Positions 24,706-34,541 of a stretch of 64,000 nucleotides of DNA are shown here, in pieces. The DNA comes from Alphaproteobacteria bacterium (GTDB lineage Bacteria; Pseudomonadota; Alphaproteobacteria; Bin95). The notes below the pieces were generated by a model that was not told the DNA's origin, ran no database searches, and was given only the letters and a program-made list of their open reading frames with translations. Location of the stretch: the NCBI GenBank assembly GCA_963665325.3, contig OZ224045.1, positions 2,048,001 to 2,112,000 of the forward strand. Direction: 5' to 3'. The translations under genes and the position numbers were made by a program. Numbering within the stretch: the first letter of the stretch is position 1; each line of letters starts with the position of its first letter.

Positions 24706-27483
24706 TCAGGCGCTCATGGAATACTGTTCTTCGGCCTCTTCCGAGCGTCGCCGGCTGGCGGCCAGTGAGGCCTCGGATGCGACCGGTGCCTGGAACCGGG
24801 GATCGCGGAGCATCGGGACTGCCGTTTCTGCCAGGACGCCAAGACTGTCTGCGCGGGTGAGGTGCAGGGCGAGGCCGGGGTCGTGTTCCGCTGCCTCGTA
24901 ATGCCGGAGCGCCCGGTCGGCATTGTCTCGCCAGGTCTTGAAATTCGGCGCTTCGTGTATGGGCACGCCCGAGCGTTCGGACCACGACTTCATGGTGCAG
25001 AGGGCCTGGCTGGCGTCGGCGATGTCCCTGGTGGCGGCTTGGGCGCGGGTCATGCGTTCGTGGCTGTCGTCGAGCGCAGTGCGCATGTTGGTGAGCCTGT
25101 CGAGAAGATCGGGGGCATGCCTGCATTCGTCGATGGCTTTGGACACGGCGGTCTTCAGCTCGTCGAACTGCGGCGCGTAGGGCAAGAGGTTCGGATCGCG
25201 GTCGACGAAGGCAAGGGCGCGGTCATAGACCTGCGAGAGCGGCTGCAGGGAGGGCGTGTAGACGCCCTGTCCGGATGACGGGACCGGGTATTCGGCGCTC
25301 GGCCGGTGGATGCTGGTCAGCGGCTCGTCGGAGAGCTCGGCGATCCGTGGCGCCATCATGTCGGGCGCCAGGATCTGCATATGCTCCTTGTGCGCCGGGT
25401 CTGCGGCCAGCTCGCGCCACCGCGCCACGGCAGCATCGCGGTCGCGAAGCCAGCCGGTGTAGCCCGGCATGGTTTCGATGGTCTGTCCGGGTTCCGAGCT
25501 CATCTTCTCCTTCAGGTCGGCAAGGCGTGCGCCGGCGTCCTCGAGGCGGGTGTGCGCATCGTGCACAGCGTCGTGTCGGCCGGCCTGGGTTTCGAGGGTC
25601 TCGTGCAGGGCCTTGAGCCGATCCCGGTATTCGGGCGGGCAGGCGCCGTCCTGCACGGCCCCGGCGACGAGATCGCGAAACCCGGCGAAACCTTCCTGAT
25701 GGGGAAGGTGGTGGATGCGGTCTCCGGACGCGGTGTACAGGGAGGCGTAGTCCATCTTGATGCGCTGCCAGGTGTCGGCAACAGCGGCCGGGTTCTCGTG
25801 GGCGGCGGCCCAGGCGTTTCCGGCGGTCTCCAGAAACTCGCGACGGGTCGTGATCCGGGGCGAGGCCAGTAGTGCCTCGGCGGGGTCAGCTGCGTCTGCC
25901 TGGGTGGTTGTCGGGGATGCTGCCCGGTTACGGTTTGCGTTCGCCCAGGCGGCCGCGCTTGCGAGCACGTCGCCGTGACAAGGCTGGGGCGCGCAATGAC
26001 AGGCAAGGTTCTTGCCGTGCAGTTCGGCAAGGTCGTCCTTCGATATCTCGCCGGCGCGGATGTTGTTCCAGAGGTGATCGCGGTATTTGGAGATCACGTC
26101 TTCGCGGGTTCCGTCCGGGCCTATGCGAAAGGGGTTCCCCCATCGCGTCCGGCGGTCGATCCGGATGGCGTCGGGCGGTGCATTCCTGAGATGCAGGACC
26201 CGGGCCATTCCCTCTTTTCGGCCGGCTGCCTGCATGTTTGAGGCATCGGTGGCGGTGCGGTGGGCGTCGGGTTCGGTGCGGTCCTTGCCGGCAGAGACGC
26301 CCTGTCCGGCTGTCAGTGAACGTCGGAGTTCCTGGAGGCCTTTCCAGGCTTCCTCCATTGTCATGGAGCCAAGGTTGAAGATCGGGATACCGTGTTCCAT
26401 GGCGATTCGGAGGCCCTGGGCGGTGCCGCCCTGGAGCTTGCCGCCCTGGGTGTAGGCAACAACGGCGTCGACTGGTTTGTCGAGGTTGGGGCCGAGCAGG
26501 ATCAGGCCGTTGCGCGCGTGCAGCTTGCGTGCGCCCTGCGTGCACCTGTCCCAGGTTGGATGGAAGCGTTCTGCAAGCTCCAGTGATTGCCGTAGGCGGT
26601 CCTGGGGGATCGGATGGCAATCGGGCCCGGAGAGGTTGTTGTAGCCGGGCCAGGGAAGCCAGATCGTGCGCTGGTCGACCGGGGTGCCGCTTGCGAAGGC
26701 GGTGTCGGAGCCGTCGGCGCCTCCGGAAGAGAGATGCCAGCCGTCTGCGGCCATTCGTCGGGCGAGCTCGGTCATGTCCGCGAGCACGGACGGGGGCATC
26801 GGCTCTCTGTCGTTCCCGCGTGACCCGATACCGGCCCAGTTCAGCTGGAAAGCATGGGTATCCAATGCAATTTCTGCCGGGTCGGTTTGCTGTTGCACGG
26901 CGGTATCGGCGGACGGAGTTGCCGGTTCGGCGCCGACGTCGGCTGGCGCCGGTGTGGGAGCGGCGGCGCTGGCGGCTTCGGCCAGTGTGGCCGGCGTCGC
27001 GGCGTTGGCAAGCTCGGGGAGGTTCGTGAGGACGCGGTCGAGGTGAGGGGCCATGTCCGGGTCTGCGCGGAGGCGTTCGACTTCGGCCAGGGTGCGCTCG
27101 CGGGCGTCGAGCCAGCTTTCGTAGTAGGGATCGTCCGCGGTTCGCAGGCCCTCGCCGTAGCTGGCGCGGAGGGCTTCGATCTCCTCGAGGCTCTGGCGGA
27201 CTTCGATATAGAGGTCGGCTACCTGCGCGCGGCGCGCGTCGATGGCCGTCAGGGCCGTGCGGAAGTCCGCCAGCTGGCTTGTGTATTCGGGATACTCGTT
27301 CTCATCGCGGAGGAGGTCTCGGGTTTCTTCGAGGAGGAACTCGAATTCGTCCGTATAGGCGATCAATTCGTGCTGGGTCCCGGCCTGTTCGCAAGCGCGC
27401 CGGTAAGCATCGGCGAGCTCGGCGTGCATGAAGTGGCCGGACGCGGACGGGTCGAGGAAGAACGCATGCAGTTCGGGTTTCAT
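24706..27483 (-). CDS. Multidomain protein: helical repeat + DprA-like SLOG + DUF4326 + two helical repeats + SMSA tail
   Basis: WAGIGSR...SGGADGSDTAF...HARN...GGTAQG (SLOG); IDRRTRWGNPF...GKNLACHCAPQPCHGDVL (DUF4326). Confidence 0.85.
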   Translation of the reverse strand: MKPELHAFFLDPSASGHFMHAELADAYRRACEQAGTQHELIAYTDEFEFLLEETRDLLRDENEYPEYTSQLADFRTALTAIDARRAQVADLYIEVRQSLEEIEALRASYGEGLRTADDPYYESWLDARERTLAEVERLRADPDMAPHLDRVLTNLPELANAATPATLAEAASAAAPTPAPADVGAEPATPSADTAVQQQTDPAEIALDTHAFQLNWAGIGSRGNDREPMPPSVLADMTELARRMAADGWHLSSGGADGSDTAFASGTPVDQRTIWLPWPGYNNLSGPDCHPIPQDRLRQSLELAERFHPTWDRCTQGARKLHARNGLILLGPNLDKPVDAVVAYTQGGKLQGGTAQGLRIAMEHGIPIFNLGSMTMEEAWKGLQELRRSLTAGQGVSAGKDRTEPDAHRTATDASNMQAAGRKEGMARVLHLRNAPPDAIRIDRRTRWGNPFRIGPDGTREDVISKYRDHLWNNIRAGEISKDDLAELHGKNLACHCAPQPCHGDVLASAAAWANANRNRAASPTTTQADAADPAEALLASPRITTRREFLETAGNAWAAAHENPAAVADTWQRIKMDYASLYTASGDRIHHLPHQEGFAGFRDLVAGAVQDGACPPEYRDRLKALHETLETQAGRHDAVHDAHTRLEDAGARLADLKEKMSSEPGQTIETMPGYTGWLRDRDAAVARWRELAADPAHKEHMQILAPDMMAPRIAELSDEPLTSIHRPSAEYPVPSSGQGVYTPSLQPLSQVYDRALAFVDRDPNLLPYAPQFDELKTAVSKAIDECRHAPDLLDRLTNMRTALDDSHERMTRAQAATRDIADASQALCTMKSWSERSGVPIHEAPNFKTWRDNADRALRHYEAAEHDPGLALHLTRADSLGVLAETAVPMLRDPRFQAPVASEASLAASRRRSEEAEEQYSMSA

Positions 27484-27951
27484 GGCTGGATGCTCTCCGG
27501 GGCGATTGCCGGGGACCGGGCCGCGGATCGGCGATCGGCGAGTGTTTCGATGGTTCGCGCCAGGGCCCGGACGCGCTTCTCCTGCCGGTCGGGAAAGTGG
27601 GCCGCTCCGAGTGTTTGGCGGATCAGGCGGTGGAGGGCGTCGAAGCCGTCCTGGCGGGGGATAAGGTTGAAGTCGCCGCCGGCTGCTTCGTACATGCGGC
27701 CGTAATCGGCCTTGATCTTTTCCCAGGTGCGCTCCGGCGTGTCGTCCATGTGCCGGAACCAGCGTTCGACGGCGCGGCGGAAGATGCGGTCGAAATCAAT
27801 GAGGTGAGTCTTGTCGGGTGCGGGGCAGGCGCGTTCGCAGTCGGCCTTGAAGGTTTCGAGTATGGCGATGCCGACTCGCGGAGGCACCAGGCGGTCATTC
27901 TTGATGATATCCATGAGGCGCGAGGCATACGCGGGCGGCTTCAGCTCGCGT
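27480..27951 (-). pseudogene. 3' fragment of a helical-repeat family gene interrupted by transposon copy 2
   Basis: Removing the element and one GCGT copy restores ...AGIQWIR-ELKPPAYASRL-MDIIKNDR in frame; contains TWEKIKADY. Confidence 0.85.
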
Positions 27952-28224
27952 TGAGTGTGCTCTCGGTATCTGATGGCGGGATGGTCACGTTGTTCGATGG
28001 TTTTCAGGCGTCGGGCCGGGCGTGACGGCGGGGGTGTCGGACGGCCGTCGGCGCGTCAAGCCGCTTCGCGGCTCCTGCGCTGCGCTCCGGCCCTTCGGGT
28101 GACCCGCCGCCGTCCCTCCGACGGAGTGCATCCATGGCCGTAAGCAAGCTTCCGGCCACGGGCCGGCCGCTTTACGCAGTGTGACAATGGGAGCGGTGTT
28201 ACCCGTTACCGTTACCCTCTCTCC

Positions 28225-29223
28225 CTAGGGGTTCGAGGCGGTAACGGTTTTCGGTAACGTGTCCCTGCGGTCGTTGCCGTTGAGGGCGGCGAGGCGGTAT
28301 CCGCCTTCGGATGCGCGCTCGACGCGTCCTTCGCGGACGAGCCTGTGCAGCGCCTCGGCGACGGTTGCGGGCCGGGTTGCCGCGCGCTCGCGGATCCGGC
28401 GCTGGGAGAGCGGCGCGTCGGCGTCGGCGAGGGCCTGCAGGATGCGCCGTTCGGGGGTATCCGGCTCCGGCGCCTGGTCTTCCGGCGTCTCGCGCAACCG
28501 CAGGGCGGGGCGCTCGTCGTCGTCGGCGAGTTCGATCTCGAGGTCTTCGAGGCCAGGGGCGTCGCGATGCTCGACGGTCATGAGGATCTGGCGGTCTCGC
28601 CGGCGCAGGTACAGATTCGAATCGCCCCAGGCGTGAAGTTCGCTGCTGCCGCGCAGCGCCTGCCCGGGCCGGGAGCCGCCGCTCTTTCGTGCGTGATGGA
28701 CGAGGAGGACGGCGGTTTCGAAGCGGCGCTGTATGTCGCGCAGGAAGCCCAGCATGGGGGCGACCTCGGCGACGGTATTTTCGTCGACGCCGTGCAGGCG
28801 CACGAGGGGGTCGAGGACGACGAGGCGGGGTGAGACGCGCTCCACCGTCTCGACCAGGCGCTGGCGATCGGCGCGATGGTCGAGACGCAGCGTGGGCACG
28901 TCGATGACGGCGATGTCGAGGGTCTCGAACGCGGTGCCTGCCGCCTTTGCGATGCCCTGGAGGCGTGCGCGCACGATATGGCCGGCGTCCTCGGCGGCGA
29001 ACAGCAGCACGGGGCCGCTTGCGGCGGGACGGAAGTGGCGCAGGCAGGGGACGCCGGCGGCGACCGCGACGGCGATGTCGAGTGCGAGGAAGGATTTGCC
29101 GCACTTGGGCTCGCCGCCGACGATGCCGACGCCCTGCTCGGACCACAACGCCTCGACCATCCAGCGGCGCGCCTGGGGGCGCTCTTCGAGCTCCGCCGGC
29201 GCCCGTGTCGGGAAGCCCTTCAC
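28225..29223 (-). CDS. AAA_25 / RepA-like helicase-wHTH (transposon copy 2)
   Basis: Same translation as 6062-7060. Confidence 0.88.
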   Translation of the reverse strand: MKGFPTRAPAELEERPQARRWMVEALWSEQGVGIVGGEPKCGKSFLALDIAVAVAAGVPCLRHFRPAASGPVLLFAAEDAGHIVRARLQGIAKAAGTAFETLDIAVIDVPTLRLDHRADRQRLVETVERVSPRLVVLDPLVRLHGVDENTVAEVAPMLGFLRDIQRRFETAVLLVHHARKSGGSRPGQALRGSSELHAWGDSNLYLRRRDRQILMTVEHRDAPGLEDLEIELADDDERPALRLRETPEDQAPEPDTPERRILQALADADAPLSQRRIRERAATRPATVAEALHRLVREGRVERASEGGYRLAALNGNDRRDTLPKTVTASNP

Positions 29224-30053
29224 CGCCGCGCCCTCCTCGGCTTGGCGGGTTCGCCCAGGGTCTCGATGAAGAGCTTCTCGTCGAGGACCTCGCGCTCCTT
29301 CTCGGCGGCGGCGGCGAGCAGGGCGTCGGCCATGACGGTGAGCGCCCGCGGGTTGCCGTCGGCATGGGCGACCAGGGTGTCCTTGAGGCCCGCGGTCATG
29401 AGGCCGGGATTGCCGGCCTGCTCGATCAGATGGTCGAGCAGGGCCGCGAGGTCGCCGGCCTCGGCCTTGGTCATGACCAGGCGCTGGCGGATGCGCGAGG
29501 CGATGGGCTGCAGATCGGGCTGGCGGAGCTTGTCGAGCAGGCGCGTGTCGCCGGCGAGGACGACCGAGAGGATGGCGCGCGAGTCGAAGTCGGTCGAAGC
29601 CAGCAGGCGGATCTCGGAGAACACCGAGGGCAGCAGCTCCTGGGCCTCGTCGACGAGCACGACGGGGCGCATGCGGGTATCGTCGACATGGGCGAGCCAG
29701 CGCTCGCGCAGGCTTTTGAAGCTGGCCCAGCGGTTGTTGTACATCAGGTCGACGCCGAACATCTCGCCGATCTCGCGGTAGAAGTCGGACAGCCGGGAGG
29801 AGGGATGGGTGATGGCGGCGATGCTGAGCCCCTCGCAGCGGCCGAGACGGTCGGCGAGCAGGCGCAACGCCACACTCTTTCCGGCGCCGGGCTCGCCGGC
29901 GATCAAGGCGAAGCCGCCCTGGCGCACCAGGTGGCGCTCGATCCTGAGGCAGAAGCTGTCGACGGCAGGCGTCGCCATGAGACTGTCGACCGGCAGGTCG
30001 GTGGCGAAGGGGTTCCACTTGAGCCCGTAGAAGGTGAGCAGTTCCCGGTTCAT
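29220..30053 (-). CDS. ExeA/TniB-like AAA+ ATPase (copy 2)
   Basis: Same translation as 7057-7890. Confidence 0.9.
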   Translation of the reverse strand: MNRELLTFYGLKWNPFATDLPVDSLMATPAVDSFCLRIERHLVRQGGFALIAGEPGAGKSVALRLLADRLGRCEGLSIAAITHPSSRLSDFYREIGEMFGVDLMYNNRWASFKSLRERWLAHVDDTRMRPVVLVDEAQELLPSVFSEIRLLASTDFDSRAILSVVLAGDTRLLDKLRQPDLQPIASRIRQRLVMTKAEAGDLAALLDHLIEQAGNPGLMTAGLKDTLVAHADGNPRALTVMADALLAAAAEKEREVLDEKLFIETLGEPAKPRRARR

Positions 30054-31525
30054 GGCGCATCTCCCCGATCTTCGTCCTCGCCCGGACCGGGCGTCTTGTC
30101 ATGGGGCAGCCAGGCCGGCGGCAGGCCGGTTGCGGCCTGGGCGTCGAGCATGCCCTTGAGCAGCGGCGGAAGTTCCCCCGTCCCCGCGCCGCCATTGCCA
30201 TCGTTGCCGCCGGGGCCGGCGGGACGGCGCACGCCATCGGCGTTGCCGCGCTTGTCGAGGGGGTACAGCGTGCACAGGCGCTCGCCGCCTCGACCGTCGA
30301 TCAGATCGACGCTGGCGAGGTTCCAGCGCGCGTAACGGATCCAGGCCTCGCGCAGGTGGCGCCACGGCTGTGGCACCTGGTAGCGGATGCCCTCGACCGA
30401 GACGGTGCCGTCCGAGCGCCTGAGCGTGCGCTTCCTGGTGATGCGGAAGGCCGCCTTGAGCTCGGCCGAGCCGGGGCAGGATCTCGACGCGTCGACGCTC
30501 CCGGCCAGGCGTTGATGCGGCGTCATGCCGAGCTCGCGGTGCTTGCGGCGGTGATAGTCCTGCTCCAGCCAGGCGATGGTGGCGTCGTTGAGCATCTTCA
30601 AGGTAAGCGCGTCGACGCCTTCGAGCTGAGCCATCAGGCGCGATTCGACCGTGCCCCAGAACGACTCGATCTTGCCGTTCTGATGGGGGCTGTAAGCGAG
30701 CGTCGTGACCCCCGCGATGCCGAGCCGGTGCAACCCCTCCTCGACCTCGCCCGCGGTCATCGCCGCGCCGTTGTCGGTCAGCAGGGACCTCGGCAGACCG
30801 CGCTTCATGAAGGCCTGGCAAAGGCCGTGGACGAACACCTCGGCGGTCTCGGCGAGGTACCACTGAAGGTGGCAGCCGAGGCGCGAGTGGTCGTCGAGGA
30901 AGCCGAGCAGGATCGGCGTCTTCCACTCGCCCGAGGCGGTCAGCACGCGACGCTTGGCGCTGTGCATGTCGGCGTGCCACAGGGCGTGAGAGCGCGAGAC
31001 CTCGTAGCTCAATACCTCGCGGGCTTCGACCGCCGGCCTGGCCTCGCTCTCATGCCACTTGCGCCGGCGCTTGCGTACCAGCCCGCGAGCCCGCATCGCC
31101 CGGGTCAGCGTCGCGTAGGACGGTATCGGGCCGAGCTCGGGATCGGCCTCGACCCGCGCGGCCAGATTCTCGTGATGAAGCTGCGCCGACCACGACGGAT
31201 GCGCCCGGTACTGCTCGTGCAGCGCCTCGATCAGCGTCGGCGACATCGCGCGCGGGCGCCCGGCATCGGCGCGCGGGCGCCGCTTGAGCGCCCCCACCGG
31301 ATCGTTGTCCGCCGCCCGCGCCTGGTAGTACCAGCGCTCGATCGTGGACACCGCGAAGCGCACCCGGCCCTTGCCGGACGGGTGATCCCACTCGCGTTCG
31401 GCAAGCCGCTCAAGCTCGGCGTGCAGCCGCCCCGCCGGCGGCGGCGAGGCCAGAAGCGGCCCGACCACCGCGAAGCGCAACCGCGCCCACCGGTCGCGAC
31501 GCTCGCTCCCGTCGTTGCTGTTCAT
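30050..31525 (-). CDS. DDE transposase (copy 2)
   Basis: Same translation as 7887-9362. Confidence 0.93.
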   Translation of the reverse strand: MNSNDGSERRDRWARLRFAVVGPLLASPPPAGRLHAELERLAEREWDHPSGKGRVRFAVSTIERWYYQARAADNDPVGALKRRPRADAGRPRAMSPTLIEALHEQYRAHPSWSAQLHHENLAARVEADPELGPIPSYATLTRAMRARGLVRKRRRKWHESEARPAVEAREVLSYEVSRSHALWHADMHSAKRRVLTASGEWKTPILLGFLDDHSRLGCHLQWYLAETAEVFVHGLCQAFMKRGLPRSLLTDNGAAMTAGEVEEGLHRLGIAGVTTLAYSPHQNGKIESFWGTVESRLMAQLEGVDALTLKMLNDATIAWLEQDYHRRKHRELGMTPHQRLAGSVDASRSCPGSAELKAAFRITRKRTLRRSDGTVSVEGIRYQVPQPWRHLREAWIRYARWNLASVDLIDGRGGERLCTLYPLDKRGNADGVRRPAGPGGNDGNGGAGTGELPPLLKGMLDAQAATGLPPAWLPHDKTPGPGEDEDRGDAP

Positions 31526-31573
31526 TCCGGCATCCCCCTCGCTGCTTCGTGGAGGTGCCGATGATGCGGTGCC

Positions 31574-32188
31574 CTATCCGTGCATCATAGAAACGCTTTC
31601 TGCGGGCGAAGCCGGACCTGCGCCGAGCGCGCAAAAGCCGGTCCACGGCATCAGCCAGACCAGGCTCCGCAGCAGCCGCGAGCGGAAGCCACGGCCCCGC
31701 ATGATGCGCAGCAGCCGGCGCAGCGGCGCCTCTTCGGGCGGCGCCGCCAGCTCGCCCCGTCTCGCCTGCCACTCCCGGGTCAGCGGGAAGGCTTCCAGCC
31801 ACCAGCGCCGCCAGCGCTTCAGCGTCGAGGCCGGAACCCCGCACCGCCGCGCGATCGTCTGCAACCGCGCGCCGCCGGCCACAGCCAGCGCACTCACCAC
31901 AAGGAACAGCGCCCCGACGTAAAAGCGCCTGCCGAAGAAACGCACCGACGGCGGCTTCACGCGGCGTCGGCACACCGAACAGCACAGGCTGAAGCGCCGA
32001 ACGTCGTTCCGAAGATTCGCCGCCAGACCGTGCGGCTTGCGCGGGTAGCTCGCGCTGTGAAGCGCGCCGCCGCAGCGCGGGCAACCCGCCGCCCGGCACG
32101 CCTCCGCCTCGGCCGCGTCGACCTGCTTCAGAAAATCCCAAACCCGGGCGTTGGAGAGATTGGAGTGCCGGAACAGCTTGTGCGACAT
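31574..32188 (-). CDS. Zn-finger + HTH protein (copy 2)
   Basis: Same translation as 9411-10025. Confidence 0.8.
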   Translation of the reverse strand: MSHKLFRHSNLSNARVWDFLKQVDAAEAEACRAAGCPRCGGALHSASYPRKPHGLAANLRNDVRRFSLCCSVCRRRVKPPSVRFFGRRFYVGALFLVVSALAVAGGARLQTIARRCGVPASTLKRWRRWWLEAFPLTREWQARRGELAAPPEEAPLRRLLRIMRGRGFRSRLLRSLVWLMPWTGFCALGAGPASPAESVSMMHG

Positions 32189-32335
32189 TGGGGCCGTCTC
32201 AGGTTGATGTCACTGTCACCGAGACAAGCCCTCCGGCGGCCTTCTTGCAAGATCGCCGGGGGGCACCCAATCCAAAACCTCGATTAATCCGAGCCGATCA
32301 GCCCCTGATCGCCGCTGAAAGCCTGCGCCCGCTCA

Positions 32336-32794
32336 GCGTATCCATTGGATGCCGGCCCTCGCACCGGGTCCCGGTTCTGGCTCGTCGCCATCATGCTGTT
32401 GCCGGTCGGGCGAAGACGGGGATGTGGGGGCGTCGTCGTCAAGTGGTCTGGGGCTCTCGGCCCAGGGTCCGAAGAAGACAGGCTCGGTGTCGGGCTCGAG
32501 CTGGATGGCGAAGCGGAGACGGTCGTGGTCGTAGACTTCGAACGTGAGGGTGGAGGCGTGTTTGATGAGCTCGTGGTTGGTGTCGTAGTAGGGTTCCGTG
32601 TCGTCTTCTTCGTAGTCGATGCGGCGTTGGTTCTGGCGCCAGCGCTGAAGATCGGTGAGACATTCCTCGCGGGTGGCATAGGTGCGGATGTCTTCCGGCG
32701 GGTCGATATCGTCCGGGAAGTCGGGATCGATTTCGGTGAAGACCGTGGTGAACGGTCGTTCCGGGTCGAGACGAATGTGGAAGGGGAGCGGCAT
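32336..32794 (-). pseudogene. 5' fragment of the gene interrupted by transposon copy 2
   Basis: MPLP...DPERPF...YATREECL.DL.RW...TFEVY; paralogous to the N-terminus of 32829-34508. Confidence 0.85.
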
Positions 32795-32828
32795 CGGTTC
32801 GTTTCCGGGAAGGGGGCGTTGCGGCCGG

Positions 32829-34508
32829 TCAGGCGCTCATGGAGAACGACTCCTCCCGGGAGTCGGCGCGGGCTTCGGCGCGGGCCCGGCGCTGAGCGGC
32901 GACTTCCTCGGGAGAGGGGGGCTTCTGGAAGCGGTCCTCGCGAAGGAACGAGATAGCGGTCCGGGCGGACTCCTCGGAGGCGCCGGCGCGCTTGAAGTGG
33001 GGGGCGAGGCGGGGATCCTGCAGCATTGCTTCGCTACGGGATGCGGCCCGGTCGGCCTTGTCGCGCCAGGCGCTGAACCCTGGAGCCTCGTGAATGGGCT
33101 GGCGGCTCGATTTCGACCAGTTGATGTGCCGGACCAGTTCGTCGGACATGTCGGTGAGGTCTTGGGCGGCCTCGACCGCGGTGACTTTCCTCTGGATGGC
33201 GACTTCGAGCTGGGCGGCCAGGGACTCGATATGAGCGAGTCTCTCCGGGATGCCCGCGCATGTTTCGCGGGTCTGTCGAAGGGTGAACTGCAGACTGTCG
33301 AAGCCCTGCGAATAGGGAAGAAGGTTGGCGTCGCCGTCAACGGACTCCAGGGCGCGGTCGTAGTCTGCGGCGAGCCGGTTCATGGGAGGATTCTGGACCG
33401 GCTCGCGGGTTATCGAGAGGACGCTTGGATGAAAGACCGTAGGGATGGCGGGGTCAGCCAGGCGGTCGATCTGAAGCTGGAGGTTCGGGAGGAAGGGCAG
33501 GTGCTCGCTGAGAGCCGGATCTGCGCGGATCTCCGTCCAACCTGCGATGGCCTCGTTTCGGTAGGCGAGCCATTCGAAGAAGTCGGGCGCATATTGAAGG
33601 GCTCTGACGCCGACGCCGGAGTCTCTGGCTTGTTGCAGGAGTTTGTCGAGGCGCAGGCAGGCAGAGTGGGCGCTTCCGCAGGTGGTGGCGACTTTGGCGC
33701 GGTTGTCCTTGCCGGTGTCGAGGGTATGGAGCAGGGCCTTGAGCTTGTCCTCCTGGCGGTCGGGGTAGTGAGCGGTGTCGAGCGCCTTCCGGGTGAGGTA
33801 GTGAAGATCCTCGAAGCCCTCCTGGTGGACGAGGCCGGCAAGATTGTCGCCGGCTGCCTGGAACAGCGCCGCGTAATCGGCCTTGATGGTTTCCCAGGTG
33901 TTTTCCGGTGTTTCGGTCATGGTCCGGAAATGCTGTTCGGCAGCGCGCTTGAGGAGGCGTTCGGTCTGGCTGCGGTCGATGTGGCCACCCTCCGCGCGGG
34001 CCCGGTCGCCCATGTCTTCGAATGTCTTGATGATGGCGCGGCGGGTCGCAGGAGCAACTTCGTCGGGGTCGGAGAGGTAGCCCAGGAACTGACCGATGGA
34101 TGAGGTCTTGTCCTGTGCATACATCCAGATAGCGGTTTCACGTCTCGGGTCGCCCGCGTCTTGCGCGATGTAGTCATCGACCTGGATCTGCGACCGGGCT
34201 GCGGATGCGCGCGCCCAGGGACCGGCTTCGCGGTGGCCGAGCCGGTCTATGTCGAGCTGGAGGCGGAGTTCGCCGTTCTCGTAAACCTCGAAGGTGTAGG
34301 TGTTGTCGTCGCCCTGGTATCCGACGCCTAGATGGTAATAGCGGTCCTGGCGGACCAGGCTGGAGTCCTGCCAGCGATCGAGGTCGGCAAGGCACTCTTC
34401 GCGGGTCGCGTATCGGCGGATTTCGTCGGGATCGTGGAAGCTGGTGGCCTTGCGGACCGTGATGAACGGCCTGTCGGGGTCCGGGGTCACGCCTTCGGGA
34501 AGCGGCAT
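32829..34508 (-). CDS. Unknown N-terminal domain + two helical repeats + SMSA tail
   Basis: TWETIKADY...QEGF; LLPYSQGFD...PIHEAPGFSAWRD; ends REESFSMSA. Confidence 0.85.
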   Translation of the reverse strand: MPLPEGVTPDPDRPFITVRKATSFHDPDEIRRYATREECLADLDRWQDSSLVRQDRYYHLGVGYQGDDNTYTFEVYENGELRLQLDIDRLGHREAGPWARASAARSQIQVDDYIAQDAGDPRRETAIWMYAQDKTSSIGQFLGYLSDPDEVAPATRRAIIKTFEDMGDRARAEGGHIDRSQTERLLKRAAEQHFRTMTETPENTWETIKADYAALFQAAGDNLAGLVHQEGFEDLHYLTRKALDTAHYPDRQEDKLKALLHTLDTGKDNRAKVATTCGSAHSACLRLDKLLQQARDSGVGVRALQYAPDFFEWLAYRNEAIAGWTEIRADPALSEHLPFLPNLQLQIDRLADPAIPTVFHPSVLSITREPVQNPPMNRLAADYDRALESVDGDANLLPYSQGFDSLQFTLRQTRETCAGIPERLAHIESLAAQLEVAIQRKVTAVEAAQDLTDMSDELVRHINWSKSSRQPIHEAPGFSAWRDKADRAASRSEAMLQDPRLAPHFKRAGASEESARTAISFLREDRFQKPPSPEEVAAQRRARAEARADSREESFSMSA

Positions 34509-34541
34509 TTCCGTATCTCCGGTTGGGGTGGGGTCGGCCGG

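Larger units (their letters stand above)
27952..32335 (-). mobile_element. 4,384-bp four-gene DDE transposon, copy 2 (4-bp TSD GCGT)
   Basis: Same ORFs and ends as copy 1; GCGT at 27948-27951 and 32336-32339. Confidence 0.95.

Noticed and set aside
22701-24860. Long plus-strand ORFs (e.g. 719 aa here, 687 aa at 34698, 684 aa at 54583, 487 aa at 7938)
   Set aside because: Antisense shadows of well-supported minus-strand genes in high-GC DNA, with no motifs.
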